This document shows, in pieces, positions 8,588 to 17,355 of a stretch of DNA of 50,072 nt. A model generated the notes under the pieces. The model had not been told where the DNA came from. It ran no database searches and saw only the letters and a list, made by a program, of their open reading frames with translations. The number at the start of each line of letters is the position of its first letter. Within the stretch, counting starts at the first letter, position 1. Source of the DNA: Candidatus Zixiibacteriota bacterium (GTDB lineage Bacteria; Zixibacteria; MSB-5A5; UBA10806); contig JAZGHS010000114.1 in assembly GCA_036481315.1 (NCBI GenBank), positions 1 through 50,072 on the forward strand, given 5' to 3'. Both the position numbers and the translations under genes were made by a program.

Positions 8588-9781
8588 CTACCAGATACGC
8601 TTTAATATAAAACCCCTAGCCTCATTTAGAGAAATCAAAGCTGCCCGGTTTACATCAATAATATTAAAGAAATCGCGATCTTGGCCTCTAACGCCTCTCC
8701 GGTGAAGTTCGGAAATTAGATTTTCGGCATGATTAAGAATTTCAATATTAGCATTAACAGTTTCATCGAATGATAACTTTACAGAACTTATGCACTGTTG
8801 ATGAAGACACTGCAAATAATGACGATGGGATTGCTGTTCTGAATAACTTGTGGTTGTTGGCTGTGCGCCTGAAAAAAGAATTGATGCGTAATTCGATTCC
8901 ATTGAGCTATCCGGTTTCAAACTATCTAATAGCCCTCTACTGTTAGCGATATCCAAAAACGGTATTTTGAACTCAGAGAGTACAGATGGACTATAGTACC
9001 ATTTTGCTCTCCGGCTAATATCTTCTTCATCTGTTTCTTGAAATTTAGCAGTCGAAAACGACCGTACATTAAGCCATGTACCTGCGGAAATAGCGTCGAC
9101 CTTAGCGGCCGACAAACAAAGCATTTGATGATTTGCATAGCCTATTATAACTGTTTTTCGTTGTAACTTAATGCCTGAGCACAGAAGCATTAGGTTTGAT
9201 AGCCACATAGGATCATCAACCAAATAACTTGTGCGGGGATGCTCTGGGACAATATATAGACCGGAAACATCCCAGTTTTCAGCAGCATTTACAATTGTTT
9301 CAATTTGTTCTTCAAATCGGATTGACTCGCTAGATAGACAAACTGTAGCTAAAAGGGGCATATCTTTTACAATCGCTTTTGATTCCGAAATAATACTATC
9401 TTGAATTGCCAGCCAGTCGTCATCTACCCTTGTTGCATAAATACCGGGGATAATAAACTTAGTTGCGTGCGAATCGGTGTTTAGATTCTCTAAACTACGG
9501 ATCAACTCAGATAATCCTGGACCTCCGGTAAGCATATCTATATTGAAATTTGACGGCCAGTATTCATGATCTCTAAGACGATGATGATTGGAGTTGGGGT
9601 CATATAGTTGTGGGTCGACGAGTATATTCCCTCCCACGTCTATTATTTCCTGCCCTAAACGTTGCATTTGTTCCCTTGTTAGATCTCTGGGGCTAAGGAT
9701 TACGTGACCGGTTCCCCAATTTCTAATAAGGTGACGGCTATGCTCCATCATACCGTAACCAAATTGCAAATAAAGTTCCAT
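8588..9781 (-). CDS. Hypothetical ~397-aa protein, putative TIM-barrel (T4 beta/sce7725-like); gene 3 of kinase operon
   Basis: ATG 9781 with AGGAGA RBS overlapping the kinase stop; alternating beta/alpha pattern with ILSPRD, LVDPQLY, IIPG, IIGY, ISAG strand motifs; fold assignment is inference. Confidence 0.55.
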   Translation of the reverse strand: MELYLQFGYGMMEHSRHLIRNWGTGHVILSPRDLTREQMQRLGQEIIDVGGNILVDPQLYDPNSNHHRLRDHEYWPSNFNIDMLTGGPGLSELIRSLENLNTDSHATKFIIPGIYATRVDDDWLAIQDSIISESKAIVKDMPLLATVCLSSESIRFEEQIETIVNAAENWDVSGLYIVPEHPRTSYLVDDPMWLSNLMLLCSGIKLQRKTVIIGYANHQMLCLSAAKVDAISAGTWLNVRSFSTAKFQETDEEDISRRAKWYYSPSVLSEFKIPFLDIANSRGLLDSLKPDSSMESNYASILFSGAQPTTTSYSEQQSHRHYLQCLHQQCISSVKLSFDETVNANIEILNHAENLISELHRRGVRGQDRDFFNIIDVNRAALISLNEARGFILKRIW

Positions 9782-9791
9782 TGCAAATCTC

Positions 9792-10649
9792 CTATACTTT
9801 GCCAATATCCAATGATAGGCATATCGCTCTAAACCATTCTAGAGCGTGAGCAGCAGTAGGTGGCCTTCGAGAAGGGAATTTGGACATTAATATGGCTATA
9901 AATTCGTCTAATTCTCTTTTTTTATCTCCGTCAATTAGTAACGAAACCGGGATTATCGTTTCTGTTCGCCTTTGCACCTCTAAGGAATCGCTGGCTCCAT
10001 TTGCGAATGGATGATTCCCTGCTATTGCCTCGTAGGCTACAATTCCTATTGCGAATAGGTCGGTTCTAATGTCTATTTCCTTCTTATAATTCCTAAATTG
10101 CTCTGGTGCCGCATACCCTGCAGAATAAGGGCCATAACGTGTATCGTTTGGTGTCAAAGAAGATTTAAGGAGAAACCTAGCAATACCGAAATCTAGGAGT
10201 TTAAATGATTCGTCTGGGCAAACCATGATATTTTCAGGTTTTATATCTCTATGGACAAGTTTGTAGCTTTCAAGAGATACCGCTGTTTCCAACAAAGTTT
10301 CAATTAAGCATATTGCTTTTTTTAAAGTTAGCGGTCCATTTTTCCGGATTTCCTTTCTCAAATTAATTCCACTTACATATTCTTCAATTACGCAAATTGC
10401 GTTTAAGCCCTCATACTCAAAATCCTGTGTCGAAAACAGACGCGCAGTATTGGGTATTTCGTAATTGACTGCTATTTCGATTTCCCTACGGATCCGTTCA
10501 TTCGGCTGAATAATGAACTTAGCAACTACATCACCAAAGGATTCATGTTTTCCTCGATATACTGCTTTTTGACCACCTTGTTCTATGAACTCTAAACTGC
10601 TAAAGCCATCGATTTTCTCGATGATAGTGTTTAAATCAATATGTTTCAT
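9792..10649 (-). CDS. Hanks-type Ser/Thr protein kinase (catalytic domain only)
   Basis: GGQKAVY, VAK, REIE, HRDIKPEN, DFGIAR, YAAPEQ, DLFAIG motifs; no TM or sensor domain. Confidence 0.95.
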   Translation of the reverse strand: MKHIDLNTIIEKIDGFSSLEFIEQGGQKAVYRGKHESFGDVVAKFIIQPNERIRREIEIAVNYEIPNTARLFSTQDFEYEGLNAICVIEEYVSGINLRKEIRKNGPLTLKKAICLIETLLETAVSLESYKLVHRDIKPENIMVCPDESFKLLDFGIARFLLKSSLTPNDTRYGPYSAGYAAPEQFRNYKKEIDIRTDLFAIGIVAYEAIAGNHPFANGASDSLEVQRRTETIIPVSLLIDGDKKRELDEFIAILMSKFPSRRPPTAAHALEWFRAICLSLDIGKV

Positions 10650-10658
10650 GATTCTATT

Positions 10659-11390
10659 TTAAATTTGATGATGAATATATCGGCCAATCCATTCATTCAA
10701 CATCCAGGACGCATATGAAGAGGGAATCCTTAATTCCTGGGCTCCTCTAATTCGTCTTACGTACCTTTTATTTAAAAGAAATATCCCGACACCCGTTTCT
10801 TTGGCTCGCATAATTACTGACTCGCTTGGCTTTTCAATAGGAGAAAGAACATATGATCGAGAAGAAAACCATTGGTTAGACTGAGCTTGTCTAAATGCGA
10901 CATTCCAGTTATTTATTTTTGCCTCAATGGCGATAATAGAGCGTACACCAAATATACTACTTAATCTGCTTGTTGTCCAATAACATTTTCTACGAACTAT
11001 TAGACCAGCATCTAATAGTCTCTCGATTGCCAAGAGGAGACCTTTGGCTGCAACCCCCAAATCTGCAACTAACATATTGGAATCTGCGCCCTTTTTAAAG
11101 TAAAGATATTGTAATATCTTCAGATCGGCTGGCTTTAAATTCGTGCGCGCTGGCGACCACTTTCGAAATACTTCTGGCGAATATTTTACTATTACGAGAT
11201 CAGGATAGCCTGTTTCTAGGCTAGGTTCCTCGAATATCGCAATAGCTCCTTTTTTCGCCTTAAAGTAATCGGGAATATATGTCTTAAAAGCATCTACAAG
11301 ATGCTTTTCCGGCCCCTCTTTGCTATCCCGTTTACCTAAACCAATTTGCGCATGCTTCTTGTTTATTTCGATTACGTTCCTCATAGCCAC
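10659..11390 (-). CDS. PD-(D/E)XK nuclease-like protein with inserted winged-helix domain
   Basis: GYPDLV ... helical/wHTH segment (LKILQYLY..ADLGV..IERLLDAGLI) ... IAIEAK, AFRQA, SYV, GVGIF. Confidence 0.65.
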   Translation of the reverse strand: MAMRNVIEINKKHAQIGLGKRDSKEGPEKHLVDAFKTYIPDYFKAKKGAIAIFEEPSLETGYPDLVIVKYSPEVFRKWSPARTNLKPADLKILQYLYFKKGADSNMLVADLGVAAKGLLLAIERLLDAGLIVRRKCYWTTSRLSSIFGVRSIIAIEAKINNWNVAFRQAQSNQWFSSRSYVLSPIEKPSESVIMRAKETGVGIFLLNKRYVRRIRGAQELRIPSSYASWMLNEWIGRYIHHQI

Positions 11391-11468
11391 TCAACCTATA
11401 TTACAATAATACCCTTTCATTAATAAAGCCATTTCTCCCCACGTCATCTCCGTCCCCGCAAAATTAAT

Positions 11469-11512
11469 TGTCGGGTTTTTCACTCGCCTCGCTCACTCAG
11501 AACCCGACCTAC
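11469..11512 (-). repeat. GTAG-type REP-like palindrome (right border of kinase operon)
   Basis: Reverse complement GTAGGTCGGGTTC...AAACCCGACA; its GTAG overlaps the stop of 11509-12330. Confidence 0.7.
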
Positions 11513-12330
11513 CGCAAGTTTTCCAGTAGCCTATACGCCGCCCTCTCAAATTCATCTCTCGGGATATCCAAAAGCTCAACCGGCCTAATCCCCATATCCC
11601 GCCCGATCCGCTCGACAATCTGCATCCCGGCATAATACCCCGATCTGAATTTTAGGATATCATCGGGATCGGCCGCCTGGAAGAGCCGGATATTCGGGGC
11701 GTTTTGATCGTAATTATCGAAAATATACTTGAACAACTCAGTTTCCCGCCGCTCGCACTCGTCGAGCCAGGCTTTAGCTTGATCGTCAGGAAGATAATCG
11801 GCCCATAACGCGGTAAGATTATCGATATTGAGGATTTTGGCCGTCAGGTAGGTTGCCAACCCCTCGGTGAGCAATTCACGGGACATTCTACGCAGATCCT
11901 CGTGGTTTTCCGTATAATAATCAGGCGATTTGATATAATGAAGGGCATGGATGATCTCATGTGTGATAAATACACGAGCCAGTATTGAGGTTACATAGCT
12001 CTCGATAGGTATCCATACAACCATTTTCCCGTCGTCTTTGAAAGCGTGGCCGTTTGACGTATCCTGCCCGACAAACAGGACTATATCGAGATTGGATATA
12101 TTAAGCCCGGACGCAGTGAATTTCTTTTCAATATCCGGTAGCTCGTTTAAGATAAACGACGATCTTGTGGCAACCTCCTTCTCGGTCAGCGACACGAACG
12201 GTCGTCCCTTCTTCGCCCAGAATCTATAATAATGCTCGAACAGAGCGGGGTATGAGTTTTCGTAAGCGACAGGATTATTTTCGCCGAGGATGTGATTTAT
12301 GTATTCCCCTGTCTTATCGATTATATTCAT
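11509..12330 (-). CDS. Putative Zn-dependent protease (DUF2268-like)
   Basis: THEIIH, EGLA and GYYAG motifs. Confidence 0.75.
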   Translation of the reverse strand: MNIIDKTGEYINHILGENNPVAYENSYPALFEHYYRFWAKKGRPFVSLTEKEVATRSSFILNELPDIEKKFTASGLNISNLDIVLFVGQDTSNGHAFKDDGKMVVWIPIESYVTSILARVFITHEIIHALHYIKSPDYYTENHEDLRRMSRELLTEGLATYLTAKILNIDNLTALWADYLPDDQAKAWLDECERRETELFKYIFDNYDQNAPNIRLFQAADPDDILKFRSGYYAGMQIVERIGRDMGIRPVELLDIPRDEFERAAYRLLENLR

Positions 12331-12380
12331 GGCAAAGATTATATACCATTATTATAGGGTATGAAAGCGAGATTTTTCGC

Positions 12381-12917
12381 TTACAGATCGAGCGCGACCT
12401 CGGAATTATTCTTTGAATACTCTTTACCGCTGGAGTCCAGATAGGCTACAATCACATCGGGATTCATCCGCGCTTCAATGGTCTTCGGTTCGCCGAATAG
12501 ATCGGTGATTGTAATTTCAATTATCGCCGACTCGAGATACCGCAGATATCCTTTCAAGGCGAACGAGCTTAGATCGGCGCGATTGATCCGGACGGTCAGG
12601 CTGGCATCGCAGTATCTGTCATCATCGCTTATCATATACGATGATGTTATATCGAGACCGCTAACTTTAACATTAAGCAATTGCCCCAGTTTTTCGGGTA
12701 ATTCCTTATCGAGGGGATAGAATTTGAAATCGAGACAGTAAATATCCTGCCCTTGAGCAGGATTAAAGCGTCCCTTCAATTCCATCGCGATTTTGTTTTC
12801 GACAATAAATAGTTTTTCCGACCAATCGCCGTCGTCTCTTAATTCGAGGTTGAATGTCAGTTGCTGGCATCCAGTAATCACGATAAGGGTAACTAAAATA
12901 ATGATGGCAATTTTCAT
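12381..12917 (-). CDS. Hypothetical lipoprotein
   Basis: MKIAIIILVTLIVITGC lipobox at ATG 12917. Confidence 0.7.
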   Translation of the reverse strand: MKIAIIILVTLIVITGCQQLTFNLELRDDGDWSEKLFIVENKIAMELKGRFNPAQGQDIYCLDFKFYPLDKELPEKLGQLLNVKVSGLDITSSYMISDDDRYCDASLTVRINRADLSSFALKGYLRYLESAIIEITITDLFGEPKTIEARMNPDVIVAYLDSSGKEYSKNNSEVALDL

Positions 12918-13085
12918 CACATCCACCCAACCTAATAAAACCGCCAAATGCCTCCATAATATTATACGCGTGAAAATTCGATTTGGCAACGGTTTTCGGT
13001 ATATAAAGGATAATAATAAAGCAGCGAAAATTAATGACAGGATAATGTTCTGTCACTACAATAACGCTAAAACACGGGTGTAAAA

Positions 13086-13415
13086 ATGAATGCAAAGAGT
13101 AATTCGGAAAACTTATCGTTTAGCGAGCAGATCAAAATTCTATTAAAAAGGATCCCGCGCGGAAAAGTTGCCACTTACGGTCAGATCGCCGCTATGGCCG
13201 GCAATCCGCAAGCCGCTCGTCAAGTGGTACGCGTACTGCATTCGTCGTCGAAAAAGGACCGGCTTCCCTGGCATCGGGTAATCAACAGCAAAGGGACAAT
13301 TTCACTTGAGCCCGGTTTCGGTTACGAGGAACAAAAATCGTTGTTGATCAAAGAGGGGGTCAAATTTGGCAAAAGCAATAAGATTGATTTCGAGCGGTTT
13401 CTATGGACGGGGTAG
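13086..13415 (+). CDS. Alkyltransferase-like (ATL/MGMT family) protein
   Basis: IPRGKVATYGQIA, ARQV, PWHRV (Trp replaces the catalytic Cys). Confidence 0.9.
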   Translation: MNAKSNSENLSFSEQIKILLKRIPRGKVATYGQIAAMAGNPQAARQVVRVLHSSSKKDRLPWHRVINSKGTISLEPGFGYEEQKSLLIKEGVKFGKSNKIDFERFLWTG

Positions 13416-13574
13416 CCGAATAGTATTTACGGTGAGATCCAGCTTTATAATCTGGAACGATGAAACAGTCTGATAAATTATGTTTACGACAGTACGGTGT
13501 TCCGTCCCTACAATTATCACTACTCGAAAACCGTTTGCCTTGCCAACGACTCATCAATATATTCCCTGTTAATT

Positions 13575-14315
13575 ATGACTACTGATGTAAATGAAAACCA
13601 GAATAGTATCGACAACCGCCCTCTATACCGCATGTTCTCAAAAGTTCCCGCAAGGTATGATCTGTTAAATCGTCTTCTTACCCTCGGCTTGGATCAACGA
13701 TGGCGTAAGAGAGCGGCCGAAGTTTGCCTCGAGTCTAATCCGAAACGTATTATGGACCTCTGCTCCGGTACCGGCGATCTGGCGATCGAGCTGGCGAAAA
13801 TGACAAACGGTAAATCCGAGATTATCGCCGCCGATTTTTGCGAACCTATGCTGGAGGTCGCGAAAAGTAAAGCCGCGAAGGCCGGAGTGGATAGCCGTAT
13901 CAGCTTCCGGGTGGCCGACGCCGCGTCGTTGCCCGTTGACGATAATTATTTCGATATTGTGACGATCGCTTTCGGATTCCGTAACCTGACTTTCAAGAAT
14001 CCCAAAACCGATATATATTTAAAAGAGATCTTCAGGGTGATCGCGCCCGGTGGATGGTTGGTGATCGTGGAAACAAGCCAGCCGGAGTCGGCTATATTGA
14101 AAAAGTTATCCAGATTATATTACTCGGTCGTTGTGAAATATATCGGTAACGCTGTCTCGGGCGAAAGGGGCGCTTATAGCTACCTTGCTTATTCCGCGCG
14201 TAATTATTTCAAACCGTCGGATGTAGGCGAGCTGTTAACCGATGTCGGTTTCAATCCCGTCGATCACCGTCCGCTCTGGGGCGGGGTCGCGGCTTTGCAT
14301 GTGGCGAAAAAATAG
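13575..14315 (+). CDS. menG: Ubiquinone/menaquinone biosynthesis C-methyltransferase (UbiE/MenG)
   Basis: YDLLNRLLTLGLDQRWR, DLCSGTGD, FGFRN, AYSYL; start moved to ATG 13575. Confidence 0.85.
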   Translation: MTTDVNENQNSIDNRPLYRMFSKVPARYDLLNRLLTLGLDQRWRKRAAEVCLESNPKRIMDLCSGTGDLAIELAKMTNGKSEIIAADFCEPMLEVAKSKAAKAGVDSRISFRVADAASLPVDDNYFDIVTIAFGFRNLTFKNPKTDIYLKEIFRVIAPGGWLVIVETSQPESAILKKLSRLYYSVVVKYIGNAVSGERGAYSYLAYSARNYFKPSDVGELLTDVGFNPVDHRPLWGGVAALHVAKK

Positions 14316-14333
14316 ATCGGGGTTAAAACTAAT

Positions 14334-15227
14334 ATGATTATTAATCATACGAATTGCGGAGGTCATTCCGAGGTTGGAAAGATCGAGAGCATCATACTCA
14401 AGCATCCAAAGGATGCCTTTATCAGCCAGGAAAATATTGACATCCAGTGGAAAAAGCTCAATTATTCGAGCCGTCCCGATTATAATAAGGCTATAGAAGA
14501 ATATGATTATTTTGTAAGTCTGCTTAAGACTGTAATTCCAAATATACATTGGCTCCCCCGGAATGAATCTATCGGACTTGATTCTATTTATGTACGTGAT
14601 TCGATGATCGCGACAAACGCGGGAATTATATTATGCAATATGGGCAAGGGCGAGCGAAAGAGTGAATCCGCGGCCTGCCGAAAATACCTGTCTGAAAAAG
14701 GCATCCCGATACTCGGCGAGATAAACGGAGACGGGACAGTCGAAGGGGGCGATATTATATGGCTTGATAATAATACCTTAGTTGTTGGACGCGGATATCG
14801 GACGAACAATGAGGGTATCCGTCAATTGAAAGAACTTACGGCTGAATTTATCGATGAGATTATTGTCGTCCCCTTGCCTCACTGGCGAGGGCCGGATGAT
14901 GTTTTTCATTTAATGTCGATGATCAGTCCTGTTGACGATGATCTTGCTGTAGTTTATTCCAGATTGCTCCCCGTACCGTTTAGAGAGCGGCTTATCGATC
15001 GAGGGATAAAGCTTCTGGAGATATCGGATTCTGAGTACGAGACGATGGCCTGTAATATCCTGGCGGTGGCTCCGCGAAAAGTAATTATGCTCAACGGAAA
15101 CCCTCGTACCAGACAGATGCTTGAAGCTGAAGGTGTGGAGGTCTTAGAATACACCGGAGAGGAAATTTCCCAAAAAGGGGCCGGAGGCCCGACCTGCCTT
15201 ACCAGACCCCTGTTTCGTAAAAATTAA
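14334..15227 (+). CDS. Amidinotransferase / dimethylarginine dimethylaminohydrolase family protein
   Basis: DSIYVRD, EGGD, RTN, FHL, GGPTCLT catalytic motifs. Confidence 0.9.
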   Translation: MIINHTNCGGHSEVGKIESIILKHPKDAFISQENIDIQWKKLNYSSRPDYNKAIEEYDYFVSLLKTVIPNIHWLPRNESIGLDSIYVRDSMIATNAGIILCNMGKGERKSESAACRKYLSEKGIPILGEINGDGTVEGGDIIWLDNNTLVVGRGYRTNNEGIRQLKELTAEFIDEIIVVPLPHWRGPDDVFHLMSMISPVDDDLAVVYSRLLPVPFRERLIDRGIKLLEISDSEYETMACNILAVAPRKVIMLNGNPRTRQMLEAEGVEVLEYTGEEISQKGAGGPTCLTRPLFRKN

Positions 15228-15291
15228 ATCATCTTTTCTATCGATTTTACAGCGCTATCGGGTGCCATCAACCGGCAGCGATTTTAAAAAG

Positions 15292-15807
15292 TTACTTCTT
15301 ATCACCAGACGGAGGCGGAAACAGACCAAGCTGGTTCATCACGGCCAGATTATCCCAGGTGACCCATGTCTCGACAATCTTTCCATTCTCAAGACGGTGA
15401 AATCCCGCAGTTTCCGATACCATACTTTTGCCGGTGGCGGGGAATTGGCCCATCTGCCCCTCATGCGTACCCGAAAAAGGCCCATAAAACGCGACAAGAT
15501 CACCTTCGGCGGCTATCAAATCAATTGTCAATTCTGCGTTCGGAAAAGCCTGGTCCCAACCGCTTAAAAGAGCTTTGAAATCATCGAGGCTCTCAACTGT
15601 GACATCAGGAGTAGCCTGGCAATGCCTGACATAATCCTTGGCAATATACTTATCCAGATCGTCATATTCGTGGTTGTTCAGGGCATCGAAAACCCGCATA
15701 ACCACGATTTTGTTCTTGATTGCCTGATCGTCTCCTCCCGGACTGCAGCTCAACGATGCCACAACAAACAGCAGGATGATCGTAAATATCACTCTTCTCT
15801 TTGTCAA
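15292..15807 (-). CDS. SnoaL-like ester cyclase lipoprotein
   Basis: TTG start after GAGGAGG, LSC lipobox, AFPN, AEGDLV, GTHEG, PATGK, GKIVETW. Confidence 0.85.
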   Translation of the reverse strand: MTKRRVIFTIILLFVVASLSCSPGGDDQAIKNKIVVMRVFDALNNHEYDDLDKYIAKDYVRHCQATPDVTVESLDDFKALLSGWDQAFPNAELTIDLIAAEGDLVAFYGPFSGTHEGQMGQFPATGKSMVSETAGFHRLENGKIVETWVTWDNLAVMNQLGLFPPPSGDKK

Positions 15808-15892
15808 TTCCTCCTCCTTATATCTCAAGTTCAAATCATAGATTATGAGAACATATACATTATGTCAATCTTTCTTCATGGTCTCTTTTCGT

Positions 15893-15916
15893 GGGGATTC
15901 AATATATTGAATCCCT
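15893..15916. repeat. REP-like palindrome (GGGGTTCAATATATTGAACCCC family)
   Basis: GGGGATTCAATATATTGAATCCCTA; related copies at 21775 and 47687. Confidence 0.65.
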
Positions 15917-15952
15917 AATACTGGCCGTAAATGGAAATGGTTTATTCAAATA

Positions 15953-16933
15953 TTATCGTTTTATCGATGGAATAATTCTCTCCAGCGATTCGCGCAGGGA
16001 GGCGGGGGAATAGCCAAGCTCTCTTTTCGCTTTCTCGCATGAATAAAAGAATTTATGTCTCGCTACCCTTGCCAGGCCCCGGTGAAATTTCGGACGCTTT
16101 CTTCTCAGTCGCGCGACTACCTCCATAACGAAAGCAATTGGATACAAAAACGAAATCGGTATTTTCAATATCGGTTTATTGATACCGAAAAACTCCTCGC
16201 CCAGTTCGAACGCTTTTTGCGGGTAAAGGTTCTCGCCGGTTAATAGGTATTTCTCGCCTGGACGTCCCCTCTCGATCGCCAGGATTATCCCGGTGATGAC
16301 GTCGTCAGTCTCGACAATATTCATGCCGAAATCAAAGTAGACCGGTACCCACTTCGGGATCTTTCTCAAGTCCCGGTCGGTCAGTTCACGGTCAGGGGGC
16401 GAAATCATTATAGACGGATTGACCACGATAACTTCGAGGCCTGTGCCATTGGCCCCCAAGGCAATCAGTTCGGCCTCCTTTTTGGTGTCTATATAAGGGA
16501 TTTTGTACATGCCCAGGTTAAACGACGCGGTCTCGTCGAGCGGCTGGCCATCCTCCGATCCTCCTACGGTGATTATCGACGATATATAAATGAGCCTGTT
16601 TACGCCGTTCTTTTTACAAGCCGATATCACCGCCTCCGTGCCATCGATATTTATCTTGCTCATAAGCTCTCTCGATCCCGGTCTCATACTGACAATCGCC
16701 GCGCAATGGATGACTATGTTGCGATTTCTGGCGGCTTCATCCAGCCATCCAGGTTCTAAGAGATCGCCGAACACCGGTACGGCCTCGGATGGGCAATGTT
16801 TTTCGGCCTTTTCTTTTGAACGGTAATGCGCCCGCACCGCGAAACCGGCCTCGATCAATCTGGGGATTAGCCGTCGTCCGAGTTGGCCGCTGGCGCCGGT
16901 AACCAGGACGGTTTTTTGAGTGGAATTTGACAT
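15953..16933 (-). CDS. NAD-dependent epimerase/dehydratase (extended SDR)
   Basis: VLVTGASGQLG, HCAA, YISS, YIDTK (YxxxK). Confidence 0.9.
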   Translation of the reverse strand: MSNSTQKTVLVTGASGQLGRRLIPRLIEAGFAVRAHYRSKEKAEKHCPSEAVPVFGDLLEPGWLDEAARNRNIVIHCAAIVSMRPGSRELMSKINIDGTEAVISACKKNGVNRLIYISSIITVGGSEDGQPLDETASFNLGMYKIPYIDTKKEAELIALGANGTGLEVIVVNPSIMISPPDRELTDRDLRKIPKWVPVYFDFGMNIVETDDVITGIILAIERGRPGEKYLLTGENLYPQKAFELGEEFFGINKPILKIPISFLYPIAFVMEVVARLRRKRPKFHRGLARVARHKFFYSCEKAKRELGYSPASLRESLERIIPSIKR

Positions 16934-16970
16934 CGGGCTAAAGTAGGGAAATATGGATCGATGTCAAGAG

Positions 16971-17004
16971 AAAGCCCCGTCTCGGTTGTCCGAAACGGGG
17001 CTTT
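16971..17004. terminator. Bidirectional intrinsic terminator
   Basis: AAAGCCCCGTCTCGG-TTGT-CCGAAACGGGGCTTT. Confidence 0.8.
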
Positions 17005-17014
17005 GTGATTTTAA

Positions 17015-17188
17015 CGGTCGAAGGAAATTCGAAAAATCACACATTTTTCGCTACGATAAAGGATTTTAACGCCACCTGACGCATTTCGCGTTCGCTCTCT
17101 CCGGAACCCGGAAGTCATGGCGTTAGCTCAACATCAGGGTGCTTCCTTCATTTGTTAAGTGTTAGCTTTTCAAATTATCCCACGACCG
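17015..17188 (-). ncRNA. Candidate rod-shaped ncRNA, 6S RNA-like
   Basis: Minus strand: CGGTCG..GGA pairs with TCC..CGACCG, AATTTGAAAA with TTTTCGAATT, ATGAAGGA with TCCTTTAT, TAACGCCA-TGAC with GTCA-GG-TGGCGTTA; extended -10 TGAGATAAT upstream, terminator downstream. Confidence 0.55.
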
Positions 17189-17355
17189 ATTAAAATTATC
17201 TCAAATTGACGAAAACGCAAGCTATTTATTTAAATTATCGGCATATGGATTTTCCTAAATTAACGTGATTCGCTAAAAAAACAGCTAAAAAATATTATTT
17301 CGTAAATCTGTTCCGGCGCTCATTTAAAATCCCCCGGGCGATCCCTGAACGGCGG

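Noticed and set aside
8588-11390. Kinase operon as BREX/Pgl, TerY-P or prophage remnant
   Set aside because: No PglX/PglZ, vWA, PP2C, integrase or phage structural genes nearby
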